Shown piece after piece: positions 1-13,867 of a stretch of 64,000 nucleotides of DNA. Position 1 is the first letter of the stretch; every line of letters begins with the position of its first letter. The notes under the pieces were generated by a model that searched no databases, was not told the DNA's origin, and was given only the letters and a program-made list of their open reading frames with translations. A program made the position numbers and the translations under genes. This DNA is from Eledone cirrhosa (taxonomy: Eukaryota): the NCBI GenBank assembly GCA_964016885.1, contig OZ024742.1:265174001-265238000 (forward strand). The letters are read 5' to 3'.

Positions 1-1750
1 TATTCTCTCGGCCTGTTCTATCCACCAGTTATTCTGGATCTCCCTAAGATTTCTCTGTAGAGTGCTGTAGATTTTCCTGTATGTCGACATGGTTGACTGG
101 CTATTCGGACTCGACAGCACTTCTCGGTGTGCAGAGCGTTTCTCGTCAATGAGATTTGGATCTCCTCATCATTCTCGTCGAGAGACACACCACTTCTGCT
201 GTTGTGTTTTGCAACGTCTTCTTCAGGTCTTTCCAAACAGTCTCTGGTTCGTGTCGGCAGCTACAATGATATTGAGCTCTTCTTGCAGCTTTTCCTTTAA
301 TTTCCCCTTCAGCAAGGGGAAGTGATCCCGATTAATTTTCTTGAATTATGAGGTTTTTTCTTTACTGTAAGCTTGATCGTCACCAATGGTCAGTGTAGCA
401 GTCAGCACTCGGCATAACTCTGGTATTCAGCACATCTTTCGTATCTCTCTGGCGCACTAGGATATGATCTAGTAGGTGCCAATGCTTGGAGCCTGGGTGC
501 CTCCATGTTGTTTTGAACCTGTTTTTGTGCTGGAAAAGGGTGTTGGTGATGGCCAGAGAGTGCTCAGTGCATAGCTCAAGGAGCAACCGGCCGTTGTCGT
601 TGCAATTGCTTATCCCATGTCGTCCGGCCACGCCAGGCCAAGTGGCATGATCTTTGCCAAACTTTGCGTTGAAATCGCCCTTGATGACGATTTTGTCAGA
701 GTTGTTGGTTTCCTGGATGAGTGAACTCAGTTCACTGTAAAAGGATTCTTTTGCAGTAGAGTCTGCTTGCAGTGTTGGTGCATATACACTAATGATGGTG
801 AGAAATTGGTTGTCTTGCTAGGGACAATGGAGAGACGTCAGTTGGTCAGAGTGACCAAATGGAAGACCTTCAAGACGGTTAGCGATGCTGTTTTTTTATC
901 ATCAAACTCCAGACAACCTGTGATTGTCTTTGGCCCTGCCAGACCAGTATAAGGTGTAGCCTACACCATGTTCTATCAGAGACCCCTCGTTCACGGCAGT
1001 GATGTTAATGCTCAGTCGATCTAACTCCTTGACTACTAATGCTGAGCACCTCTGTGGGCGATCGTTGTCGTCAGAATCCCGCATAGTGCGAACATTCCAA
1101 CATGCCAGTTTGAAGCTTCTTGTTTTTTTAATTATCAACTTGTTTCTACCGTTGTAATGAGATGCCTGTTGGTTACGGTGAGCCAGCCAGGTGAATGTGA
1201 GACAACTTTCTTTAGACCAGTTTTCTTGGTCCATTTCCTTGTGGAGTAAGCAGTACTGTCCCTGTAGAGAGCTGCTTGGTCACCCAGAGTGCGGTCGAAT
1301 GCTGCTGTCGTCTCGTTCATTGGGCAACCAACCCAGACATCTGAGCTGCCTACATGCGAAGTTGTGACTGCGAATTCCAGTCCATCTAGCCCTTTCTCCA
1401 TCGCTGTAGGACTTTTAGACAACTACTTCTCGCCTACGGCCAGTGGTTTTTAAGTGAGAGTCAGTGCGCGGAAACCGATCTCACTCTTTACGATATGGAG
1501 TCCTTTCCCAGGGGCTCAGCATGCTGAGACGACTGGGGCGACTGCTAGTCTGTAGGTTTTACATCAAAGTGTCCTTCTAGCCTCTGGCTCAAAAGCCAGA
1601 TCTCGGAGGCACTGGGCGTTTGGGGTCACAGTTTTCTTCTCATAGGCTGGTTGCCAACCAAGGCTAATATGAGCCCAGCCAGCCCATCGCTCAGTCATAC
1701 CGCTGAGTACCCGTACGCGCTTCATGCAAGCTCTGTAAAAACAGGAGATA
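1..1750 (-). mobile_element. RTE-clade (BovB-like) LINE, 5' UTR and AP-endonuclease region, decayed
   Basis: Minus-strand peptides LACWNVRTM...GYTLYWSG (902-1234) and GRHG...NDNGRLLLELC...NTLFQ...TTWRHPGSKHWHLLDHILVR...TDH (380-631) are APE motifs typical of RTE; frameshifted; runs off the window edge. Confidence 0.88.
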
Positions 1751-2399
1751 CTACGGAAAGGTGTTGCATGTGCGCACAGCAGGCTTCCCCTGCAATCGCA
1801 TCACCATCCTTACTCCCCCCCCCTTATATATATATATTTCAGTTGTTAATCCATGGGGGTTTTTTTTCAGATTCCCAATAATTCACGAAGAACGTATAAG
1901 TAATGTGTTAGGAAAAAACATACAAGGCTTAATTAGAAAAAATATTACTTAATTATACATTTTACACGTGTTTTCTTATTGAATTATGTCATCATCTGCA
2001 GGGATATTAGGAGATATTGAAATTTCTGATCATTCGCACATTACACTAAAGATTTTGCGTCGACAATTCCTCCGAAAATGAATAATTCTATGATATTTGA
2101 TACTAACGAGAGTAATGAGGGAGGGCTGTTAAGTTGACCAATGGGTATCCAGCAATCTCTGGTTCTACTTAAATGTCATTTACCATTGGTTGACAAGTAA
2201 TTATCTATAGACTAAAAGGGATAGTGTGCGCTATGGGAGAGGTTAAGAGAAAGAGATGGGTGATAAAATTATTGGGTATTAGTCGAATCAACTTGACCAT
2301 TATAGTAAGGGTGTGGTAAGGGTAGGAGAATCTTCAAACAATAAATTCTGTTGGAATTGGCATTGCCAGTTTGACAATTGTAAATAATTTCGAAGTAAA

Positions 2400-3180
2400 G
2401 AATAAATATTTGGCATCGCCAGTCTATGTAGTAAAATTTGCTATTTGAAGTAGGTAGTATACATGAAGGTCGGAATGTGTGTAGTTTCTAATCCTGGGTA
2501 AGCTAGGTTTATAATTAGAAAATTTTTAAAGTACTTGTGTTTACAGTTGTATATCCTATCTTGTCTTGAATTCAGTAATTTCTTTCCTATTAATATTTCT
2601 AGTACATCTGTCGCACAAAGATCACAATCCCTTCTTTCGTGTCGTTAGGGTTGAGCAAATCGTAGAATGGACCACGATAGATAATCATTTTTTATTTTTT
2701 TTTATTTATTTAAGTTTCCATATTTTCGTAGCTATAGCGGTAGAAGTTCGGAGTTCCTAATTTTTAAACGAATGGGTATGTACATACCATATTTTCATTC
2801 TTATTTTTTATTGTTGAAATTACTAATACAAGAGCATCGTCTCTATATATCCCACCATGAAGACCAGCAAAATCCTCATGTAGATTATGAGTTAGGCAAA
2901 CTCCAACTAAGTTGGTAACTTGCGTGGAGTTACTGGACCCCCACAGTAAGGTCCAAATTATTAGTTATGTCCCTAAGTGTCCAGATCTTATCGAATATTA
3001 TGACTGAGTGTTTAGCTGATATTACTACGTCACCATAATCTTTAGTTAAGTCAAAACTCCGCATGGCAAAAGCGAGGGACTTGTTGGGGAGAACGAGTGT
3101 AATTAATGTATAGTAATTGTCAATATCGAACTTTGATTTCATGTGCCGGCTGTTCCGTTGATCGAACAATAGGACCACTC
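2400..3180 (-). mobile_element. Penelope-like element reverse transcriptase fragment, decayed
   Basis: Minus translation KFDIDNYY...LDLTVG, then after a frameshift SSNSTQVTNLVG...GGIYRDDALV; matches the Penelope RT at 62930-64000 (FDINNYY, MGASDSAEVTDLIG, LYRDDGL). Confidence 0.75.
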
Positions 3181-3600
3181 ATTGTCGAAAACGACGGAGG
3201 TCAACCAAAATGCTATTACCTGCACCAAACGATAAAATTTAACTACAGGGAATACTCGCCCTACTTCCCTTCAGCCCTTCTACGTCTTCTACACTCAAAT
3301 GTCTCATTGCCATGTAGCATCATCACTGACACACATGCATCACACAGCCTCCTGCTCACCCCAAGAGAGAAGCATCCTTGTTTAAAAACAGAAAATGATT
3401 TCTTATCCATAGCAAACCAGAAGGATACATACCTCTAACAAGCTGGGCATGACGAAAGTGTTTTATAAATTTCAATGTTAATGTTTAGGATTTCAACTGC
3501 GATTGTTATATTGTTAATACCTGTAAGACACCCTCTCGTAGGCCCACCAAGAAACTTACTACAAAGAGGGATTGCAATGAACTACATCCGTCACACACAC

Positions 3601-3684
<84 letters not shown>

Positions 3685-3736
3685 TTTCTGAATTTGTTTA
3701 GTAAGATTCTTTATCTGAAAACGTGTGTTGAAACCG

Positions 3737-4153
3737 ATATTGTTATACTTTGGGAGGGTCATGTTGCCAATAAGAAACACACGCACCAGTTGCTTTCACT
3801 TCAATTTATTATAATAAATTTATAAATTTAGGAATTTATAAATTTCCGGTTGGTTGGTTGGTTCCACAACCAGATGGTTGTTTATATATTGTCCAAGTTC
3901 TTTCGTCACACATTCTGTGACCTCTTCAGTGACAAAAACAAAGAAAAGAATACCCAGTCACTGAAGAGGTCACAGCATGTGTGACAAAAGAACGTTGACA
4001 ATATATAAACAACCATCTGGTTGTGGAACCAACCAACCAACCGGAAATTTATAAATTCCTAAATTTATAAATTTATTATAATAAATTGAAGTGAAAGCAA
4101 CTGGTGCGTGTGTTTCTTATTGGCAACATGACGCTCCCAAAGTATAACAATAT
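3737..4153. repeat. Fold-back palindrome (197 bp arms, 23 nt loop) with a hammerhead motif in each arm
   Basis: 3737-3933 is the near-perfect reverse complement of 3957-4153; minus arm reads GTCA-CTGAAGA-GGTCACA..TGTGAC-GAAA-GAAC-TT-GGAC; flanked by (TA)n. Confidence 0.9.
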
Positions 4154-4228
4154 ATATATATATAAATGAAGTAATTCCGTCGGAAAGGTCCAGGAAAAAA
4201 GAGTGCTCTATGTAGGTAACAGAGCTTA

Positions 4229-4478
4229 ATAGTTATGTAATAAACAACATAAGGCAATTATTTCATTTACCAGTGGTTCCTTAAAAGCAAATAAATTTTG
4301 CTTTCAATCATCACAATGAAAAAATCATGGTGTATTTATTGGCATTGGTTTTTAAAATCCAATGCCAATAAATACACCAGGATTTTTTCATTCTGATGAT
4401 TGAAAGCAAAATTTGTTTGCTTTTAAGAAACCACTGGTAAATGAAATAATTGCCTTATGTTGTTTATTACATAACTAT
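4229..4478. repeat. Fold-back palindrome (about 125 bp arms) carrying a hammerhead
   Basis: Arms symmetric about 4353/4354; flank 4166-4262 is homologous to the reverse complement of 45905-46000. Confidence 0.9.
4386..4446 (+). ncRNA. Type I hammerhead ribozyme, canonical core
   Basis: Stem I TTTCATT/AATGAAA; core CTGATGA 4393-4399; stem II TTGAAAGCAAA/TTTGCTTTTAA; GAAA 4427-4430; short stem III CC(ACT)GG; GUA cleavage triplet. Confidence 0.85.
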
Positions 4479-5155
4479 ATATATATAGAAAATTTAAAGG
4501 TTATATACATATAAACTAGACAGAGCCATATATATATATATGTTTTTGGCAACCATTCACGGTGTGGCTCAATGACGAATTAATTAAATAATTAATAATC
4601 AGAGCAATATATGAAAAATAAGTCCATAGAATCATTTAGATAAAATATATACAGTATTTCTTCTCCCAATCAGCATAAATCAACCACACAAAAAATCATT
4701 TAAATGAGGCTATAAGTTTAAAATATACTTATGAAGAAACAATAGATAAATGATATAGTATCTTATCCGCGATCCACAGCTCATCATTATCTTTGGTAAG
4801 GTGAGGTGAGAGAGGCTCTATGCACAGTACAATTGTCGGTTCATCAGGAGTTTAAAACACCGACAGTTAATGTCCTTGTTGAATAAATAGTTGAATAAAT
4901 AAACACATTAGAATGGGGATTCATATCACAATTTCTCTGTCTCTTTTCCATTTAGCCCTAACTGAAAACTTTGAAGTCTGGCCCTGAACGCTAAATCGCG
5001 CGCTAAGCCGCAATATCCAACCCTAAATCCTATCCCTAACACTAAATTCAAAACCTAAGCAATATATGCTGGATATCTAGAGCCAAACATCTATAGCTGA
5101 ATGGAATAAATTACAGAAAGTAATTTATCTGTAGTATATATATACATACTGTATG

Positions 5156-5221
<66 letters not shown>

Positions 5222-5924
5222 CACATATATACATATAAATCAGGATGGATTCAGTTTAAAACCGGTTAGACTATTATTCAAAAGAGTACTCGATATTTGG
5301 AGTAGTAGAGTATGGTTATATTATAAAGAGTCGGTACCCGACAGCTGAGCTCTTGCCGTTTCAACAGCTAGTTCCAGACTGGAGTCTGTTTTATTAAAGA
5401 CATGATACGGTCATGCAAGTACGACACCTTCGTAGAGGTTCACTAAGCATTTATAACAAGGCGAAATTGAAACACATAACATCATACACCATAGGAGAAA
5501 GCTGTATGGAAAAATGTTAAGTGACAATACATTTGGATTTTTCACAAATTGAGATGGAAGCAGTATTTATATCACAATGCAAGGCTAAAGTAAGCAGGCA
5601 AAGACCATATACACATTATAAAATAAGATGAACGCATGACTGATGACGTATAACGGTCAAACCACAAATTACAATTTACGGTGATAAAGCTAACAGATAT
5701 TCTGGGATAAAGATTTCATAAATATATTAGCCTCCAATAAAAGAAGCAGAAACAAAAAGCCAACACTTCACATTCTGACAATGAGACTGTAACTCTGATT
5801 AGAAACGCTGATTATAGATTTAGGAATTTTGTCTTTCCAGAGCTGCGCAGGATTCATAAGGTAATTTGAAAATTCCTTATAGAAAAGTTAAAACTTTAAC
5901 AAGGTCGTGTCTTTAATAAAAATG

Positions 5925-6130
5925 GTTTCTGAATTAGGCACAAGGCCAGCAAATTTTAGTTAGATTTAATCGGCCCTATTGCATTACTGGTGCTTTATTT
6001 TATCAACCCCGTAAATATGATAGGCAAAGCTAACCTCGCCGGGATTTGGAATCAGAACATAAAGTAACGTAACTATATGCCGCAATGCATGTTGTCCGAT
6101 GCTCTACCGATACTGCCAATCTACCGAAGT
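5925..6130 (-). mobile_element. tRNA-derived SINE, diverged copy
   Basis: Reverse complement of the SINE at 14351 (ggcagtatcggtagag...gataaaataaag...ggccttgtgcc). Confidence 0.8.
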
Positions 6131-6199
6131 GACAGAAACAGGTGGAGAAAAAATTTATAGAGTTGAGGAAGGATGTCTCTCTTGAATCTGAAATAGATG

Positions 6200-6695
6200 A
6201 GAGAACTGACATCAACCCCAACAGGCTTTCCCAGCTATGGACAAAACACAATATCAATCAGGAAACAGATACAGGCGCAGGCGCAGTGACTAAGATTTGA
6301 AAGGAGGGCTAATTTCTTTAAATAGAACAAACTCTTTTCTGAAAATGCCAAACGATTTTATAGAGAGTTAGGCAAGAAGAATGTTTTCCGAGCAAATATG
6401 TGGAAAAAAGCTAAAGACCACAACCCCAATGCCCCATGCCTGGAACATTTGGAAATCCCTGCCTGCACCCAGAAATGAAATGATATCACCTCACATGAAG
6501 TAAAAACAGCTGTCAGAAATGTTGGAAACTGGAGATATCCTGGCAGAGATGGCTTGCAGGATTTATGGCTGAAAAATCTGGATTTGCTCCATGAAGCTTT
6601 GGCTGCCGAATTCTCCAGGAGTCTGTAAACAGAAGAAACACCTGCCAATAGCTTGGAGAGATTACAAGAAGACATTTGATAGCGTAACTCATTTA
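6200..6695 (+). mobile_element. Dong/R4-like RLE non-LTR element, 5' RT part
   Basis: Plus translation NKLFSENAKRFYRELG...ITSHEVKTAVRNVGNWRYPGRDGLQDLWLK...KTFDSVTH. Confidence 0.7.
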
Positions 6696-6714
6696 TATAT
6701 AATATACATTCTCT

Positions 6715-9408
6715 TCTCTTAAGAGGCCGGGGTCACCTTAAGCCAGCGATCTCAGAAACATCATCGTGCGTCGAGCCAACCAGGCCCACCAGCGCTCTCC
6801 ATCACTGGTGGTCCTGCGCCAGCTCCTCTGCAACCTCCAAGCTGATGTTGAGCTTCCGGAAATCTTCTCTGATGATATCCAGCGATCTGGTGCGAGGCCT
6901 GCTGTGGACTGATGCGTGCACGCACACAATACTTTGTTGAAAACGTGGTGGTGCCATCTGATGTTTTTGATGGTCCTCAGGGCTTTGTTATTGAAGCTGT
7001 TGACCTTCTATGAGAAGTTCTTTGTAAGGGGCTACGTTTCTACTCCACAGAGGAGAACGGAGAACACCGATGCATTGTAAATACGGAGCTTAGTTTTCTG
7101 GGAGATTGAGCAGTGGCGCGAAAGGGACTGCCATAGGAAGTGCATGACCCTAGCAGCCAGGCCAAAGCTACGGTTGATCTTCAGGGTCAGTCGAGCCCAG
7201 GTAAATGAGGGAACTGAGAAACTCCATTGCATCGGGGCTAATATAAAGCGGAGGAGGATCCTGGCCACTTTTCCTTCGCCTTGCTTACCTGATGGCCAAG
7301 CTTTGTTGATTCCTCCGGTATAAGGTCACTGCGTCTCTGAGTTGAATGATCGAGTTGCTGAATAAGTTGGTGTCGTCTGCGTACTCTAGGTCGGTTAGGT
7401 GGTAATTCCCGAAGGTAACGCTAGGAACTCGCTCACAGATCTTAGTCATCAGATAGTCGATGACACAGTTGAAGAGGTTGGGGGCAGCCACGCAACTCTG
7501 TCTGAACACGTTGTTGTCCAGGCACGCCGACAAGCAGGGGAATTTTCCAGGTGATGCGTGGTCGACCGTGTCGAAAGCCGCCTTCAGGTCTACAAAGGCG
7601 ACGCAGAGGCAGTGATCTCTACGGAACTTCCGAGATCTTTCAACAATGAGGCGGGGGGGGGGGGCGGGGGAAGAAGTGTGTCGATAGTGGATCGATTAGG
7701 CACGAATCCGGCTTGTGGGCGACGTTCGCTTCTAATGGCGGGAAGAGCATGGGGGAGAAATCTCTAGGTGAAGACTTTGTTTGAGATGGGGAGAAGTGTG
7801 ATGCTCTTGTGATTTCTGCAGACGAGTTTGTCCCCCTTCAGTATCCAGAAGGGGAGGGGTGTGTAATGACTTGGGTCCAGTCATTTGGAAGCCGCTCTGA
7901 CACACATACATGGTTGATTATACGGGTGATACACTGGATCATGTTATTTCCACCCGCCTTCAACATTGTTGCTATGATAGTACAGATTTCAGGAGCTTTG
8001 TGGTTTTTTAACTTCTTCAGGGTGGCCCTGAGTTCATCGGGTGTGACAGTATCGAGTCTACAGGAGTGGTTGGCAGCAGCTGTGTCTGTCGTGAGGTGAG
8101 GCAGGGATTGATTGGGACGGGTGGGTGATGTAGAAAAAGTCCGAAGTGCTCCTTCCATCGTTCAAGGAGGTAGATGGTTTCAGTGGTAATGACGTCGTCA
8201 TCGGTATCCTCCACCAGGCTGTTTTGATCCGGGGACAGACACGGGCTCTGTGGAGGGTGTTGAATACCTGGCTGAAGTTGTTGTTCCTTCCCGCTGTCTT
8301 CAGGCATTCGGCTTCTTCCGCCCAAAATTTCTCCCGGTCATCCGTGGTGGCCTTGTTGCGAATCCGGTTGAGCTGGCGGTACTAATGTCACCCCACAGGT
8401 GAGCCTTTCGGTGACACTTAATTATCTCCAGCGTCCATGGTGAAATCCAGGGCCATTTGGAAAGAGGTCTTGAGTTCACCAGGACGTCGTGCTCAAACTA
8501 GTTGACACTTGATTTAAATATCTCCCAGTTGTCGGTCACGTCCTCGGCCAGAACGCTGAAGTGATTGGCGATGGAGCGCGCAAGTGTAGAAGTGATGTTG
8601 GGATTGTGGAAACAAGATGAGTCGAGGTGGGGCTGGTGCTTGGTGTCAGGGTCCACTTGCAGCCTCAGCCTCAGTGTCACACCAAGCAACCGATGATCAG
8701 TATTGTTGAGTTGGGCTCCTCTGTAGACCCGGCAGTTAGTGACAAACGGCCTACAGCGATGGGAGATGAGTATGTGGTCAATTGCCTTCCGGGTGTAACA
8801 TAACGGACTGTACCAGGTTCAATGATTGATGAGTTTGCGGGAGAACCAGGTGTCGGTGATACACAATGCTTAGGCATTGCCAGTCCGACGTGGCAGAATA
8901 TCGTCCTATCGTCAGTGTCACTCCAGATGAGACAGTCGTCTTCCGCAATGAATTCCCTGCTACCTGGCCAGTCATTCTTGCAGATTCCCGCCAATGTGAT
9001 GATGTAGTGTGATATTTCTCGGGACAGGGACAGTAGGTTTGCTGCTTCGGGGTGAAGGAGCGGCAAAACATTCCATGTGGCAACACGAATTTTATGGCAC
9101 AAATAAATTCCTCGTTGTTGGGAGGCATGCAGGGACCCGTTACGATGTTGGGCAGTATGGTTTCTTCTGGTCGGTTTTGAAACATATTGTTGTTGTTCTG
9201 GGAGGGTTGTTGACCCACCACAAAATAGTCGGGTGATACTGCCGGCGAGCCGACACGCCGAGGGACAGTATTGGTCTGGAACCTCTCCGGGAGACCGGCC
9301 AGCCTAGGGTGGCCCTTCCAAGAGCAAAGCTACAGATGGTAACGCTCTCTCGGATTTACGGAACACACAAGCCCCCTCGTTACGACAAGCCCAGACCCAG
9401 GAGGGGGA
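6715..9408 (-). mobile_element. RTE-clade LINE, internally deleted, nested in the Dong/R4-like element
   Basis: KIRVATWNV (APE), LKKLKNHKAPEIC, RQSCVAAPNLFNCVID...DLEYADD (RT), KTKLRIYNASVFSVLLCGVET; 5' UTR about 9240-9408. Confidence 0.88.
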
Positions 9409-9409
9409 A

Positions 9410-10946
9410 TTAAAGAAATCAGAAGTGTATAATATAGCACCTGATGTCACAATTCTCCTGAAGGTAATGATGACAAAATGGAAAATTACAATGATCCTTC
9501 AACACCACAATCAGTCACTGGAATCGTGGAATATTCCAAGAAAACTCATTGTTCCCTTTACTGTTTTGTATGTCACTTGCTTCACCATATCAGTTCATAG
9601 GGCAGACTATGGAAATCAAGTAGACAAACACACTACAGTTACCTTACCTATATCATTGATATCAAGATATTTGGAAGCAATGATGGGCTACTGGAAGTTT
9701 TACTGCACACAGTCAAACAATTCAGCTATGTCATCCATGTGGAAATTAGACTGGACAAGTGTACAAAAGCCACATTAAAGAAGTAGCCATTAATAACCTA
9801 GCAGTACCAAAGGTGAAGGCAAAAGAGTGCTCCTACAACTAGAAACTGCATACAAAATAGCAACCATTGTATTGGATAGCTACCTCCACTAGAACCAAGA
9901 TGGACGTCTCAAGCCTGTACTCAAACATGAACGGAATAAAAGACTACTCAATAACAAAAGAGGCAAGTAAATGTAGACAAAATCTGAAAATGGAACAAGA
10001 TAAACCCATAGAAGATCAGCACAGGGTGCTACACATCTAGCTATGATTGTGAAGATCAACGCAAAGAAACTTCAAACAGAGGAACTAAACCGAGAATGAA
10101 AGGCATAAAGAACTACATGGTAAATTCCCAGAGCACCATTTTGCGACAAAGATATTGAGCAGCATAGCTCACTAGCCTAGCTGAGAAGTGCTGATCTGAA
10201 AGCAGAGATTTAGGGTCTCTTAGTGGCTGCGCAAGCTTAATTTTTAAATGCTTGGCTTTTTAGACACAGATTAGTGAACGATGGAACTAGCTCTTTTTGC
10301 AGAATATGAAGCAGATGTGAAGAAACAATAGAACATATTATCTTCTGGTATCCAGAGCTGGAAAAAACTGATTATATAGAAAGACACAACCACATTGCCA
10401 AATATGTGCTCCTGATGCTCTGCCGCTCTTATGCTATCCAAATCTCCGCCGAATGGTATGAAGATCGATAAAATACAGTGATTGAAAATGGCAACAAACC
10501 CATTCTGTGGGGTATGCCTGTGATAACTGACCGAGAAATCGCTGCCAACAGACCAGGTGTCACCATAAAAATGAAACAAATAGGACATGTAGCCCGATAG
10601 ATATTGTAGCAGCTGGCAAAAAAAAGCAATGGAAAAACTATCAAAATATAAAGATTTAAATAGATAGATCAAAAGCATGTGGAGGATGAATACAAACACT
10701 ATCTCTGTGGTAATAGGAAGACTATGATTAATACCCAAATCCTCAGACCAGCATCATGGGGCTTGTGCCTGCAGGATCAGCAAATATGAGTTACAAGTCG
10801 GGCTACTAGGATTAGTACACATTCTCAGAAGTGCCCTCCACAATGAAAACATCTATTGCCCTAGGTTCAAGGCCTGAACCCGGCATCAGATCAAAGAAAT
10901 AAAACAGAACCAAGCGAAATAACCCAATAATAATAACAATAATAAT
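9410..10946 (+). mobile_element. Dong/R4-like RLE non-LTR element, 3' part ending in (AAT)n
   Basis: IKEIRSVYNI..MMTKWK continues the RT from 6695; C-terminal RHNHIAK...ILWGMPVITDREIAANRPG...EKLSKYKDL...ISVVIG is a restriction-like endonuclease; (AAT)n at 10927-10946. Confidence 0.75.
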
Positions 10947-10947
10947 A

Positions 10948-11185
10948 GTTTCTTTTATTTGCCACACAAGCATGGGATAGAGGAGGCATTACAAAGCAAC
11001 CTACAATAAGGTGAGGCTTTACACAGAAATAAGTATATCAGTTGGGTATACACATTATATACTATTATATGAGGCATTTTGTCCTATTATAGGAAGCAGA
11101 ACACCTAAGGTTCATTGAGGAAGCCCACAGGTTCATAATCGCCTATAACCACCAAGGGAAAGTGCTCTCTCGCAACTATAATAAT
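10948..11185 (-). mobile_element. 3' UTR fragment of a Tx1/L1-type LINE related to the elements at 23860-35755
   Basis: Reverse complement gagagcactttcccttggtggt...ttgtgtggcaataaaagaaac(tat)n resembles the Tx1 3' UTR gagggcacttgccctggtggt...ttgtggttaataaagaaa(att)n. Confidence 0.55.
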
Positions 11186-11364
11186 AATATTATGTGTGTG
11201 CATATACATGTGTGTGTGTGTGTGTGTTTGCCGGGGTATATTTATGCTTACTGTTCACCTATGTCACGTAATTTAGCGGTTTCTTTTAAATAGAAATCGA
11301 TGAATATATCACTCGGCGGCGATATGATAACTAAAAACATTAAAAGAATAAAAGAAAGAATTAT

Positions 11365-11795
<431 letters not shown>

Positions 11796-11799
<4 letters not shown>

Positions 11800-11931
11800 A
11801 ATAAGTAAGACCCCGACGGCTGAGCTCAAGCCGTTTCGACGGCTAATTCTGTACAGCCGGAGTACAGCCGGAGTACAGAATTAGCCGTCGAAACGGCTTG
11901 AGCTCAGCCGTCGGGGTCTTACTTACTCCTA
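11796..11931. repeat. Short fold-back element containing the 3' half of a hammerhead
   Basis: Inverted arms; GAAA-CGGCT-TGAGCTC-AGCCG-TC-GGGG at 11890-11916; family also at 5240-5390, 38890-38970, 45170-45275, 55345-55510. Confidence 0.75.
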
Positions 11932-12008
11932 TTACCCACTCTACTACCCTAAGTATTGAGTACTTTGGTGCGTTATGGTCCACCTGGTTCCTTACCACTT
12001 TTCCCTCG

Positions 12009-12079
<71 letters not shown>

Positions 12080-12169
12080 TATACATGTACATATATACAT
12101 ATACATATTTACATACATATGTACATACACACATAGATACGCACATACATACATAAATGGTGGCTGCAA

Positions 12170-12680
12170 ATTCTGTTAAGAGTATTGCAATTGCTTGTCA
12201 GATTACATAAAATGGTGCACTTTTAGGCTACAGCCAGCCACAAGAACTTGTAACATAACCTGAACAAGAAGCAATGGCTGTGCTTTGAAGATTTTTTAAG
12301 TGGGGAAAGGCCTTGTACTCGACCAATCCCACTCTCTGAGCATCAAAAACACTACTCAAAAAGGAGAACTGGTCAACATCATTGGATGTTTCCGAAGCCC
12401 CAGAGTTTGCCTCTCCTAGAAAGGTGTTGTGAGAACAACTGGAGGCCTTTCACTCCCAGGTTTAAAAAAAAGGAGTACTATTTGGATGGCCGTTGACTCT
12501 GCTGGGTTCCTCCGCCCTTCGCTGTGTCTTGTATTTTATCCCACAGGGTGTCTAAATATCACTCTCCTCACCAAGCAAGCTCGGTGGAGTTGCCGGTTTA
12601 GTCGTCAACGACCCGACCATGAGACAGGTTGTACTGGGTTACATGTTCTTTTCAGCGGCAGCGACGTGCGTCGTCGTTTT
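12170..12680 (-). mobile_element. Short non-autonomous RTE-related element (also 23255-23370 and 59320-59925)
   Basis: Shared block ttgccggtttagtcg..acgacccgacca in all three copies; the 59.4 kb copy encodes an RTE-type C-terminal finger [17 protein letters not shown]. Confidence 0.6.
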
Positions 12681-12895
12681 TATATTCCAACATACATAAA
12701 TACATACATACATACATACATAACTGTCTTCAAGGGATTTGAGTCAAGTACATCGACCCCAGAATTGTTGTAAATATGTAAGAATGTATGTATGTAGGCA
12801 TGTTTGTGTATATATGTGTGTATTTATGTATGTGCGTGTGTCTGTGTCTGTGTGTGCGCGCACGCGCGCGTGTGTATGTATGTGTGTGTGCGGGC

Positions 12896-13055
<160 letters not shown>

Positions 13056-13410
13056 GTGTGTTTGTGTTTGAATGTTGGAAGTTAAAAAGACAAGAAAAAG
13101 CCCTGGATTGTTTAGTATGTTTTATGTGTGCAGAAAGAGGAAAACTGAAGCACGTTAATATTAGGTTTGAGTGACAGGTGAATAAAGACCAGATAACTGC
13201 CAACACTGACCTCTCTTTTGTATTGTGATATTCTTGTTGATATTCCTCTCCAGAACATGGCTTATGGCCGACATCTGGAAACAATGACCTGAAGCTGTGA
13301 AATATGCAAATAAAAACAAAAACAGACAGAAATATAAACAAAAATAAAACATAAAAAGGTTGTTGATTTGCAATCATTAGAAACACAATGTGTAAGTGTA
13401 TGGTGGTATT

Positions 13411-13867
<457 letters not shown>

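Noticed and set aside
1960-2005. Hammerhead downstream of the 2.4-3.2 kb Penelope fragment (minus strand)
   Set aside because: GAAAACACGTGTA is suggestive, but the core and stems I and II are too degenerate
4950-5060. Telomere-like CCCTAA repeats
   Set aside because: Only a few degenerate units; not an array
9240-9408. HDV-like ribozyme in the RTE 5' UTR
   Set aside because: Plausible from family knowledge, but no convincing double pseudoknot could be folded by eye
12585-12670. HDV-like ribozyme at the 5' end of the RTE-related short element (also 23285 and 59840)
   Set aside because: P2-, P3- and P4-like pieces are visible on the minus strand, but I could not place a P1 3' strand, so the fold is incomplete
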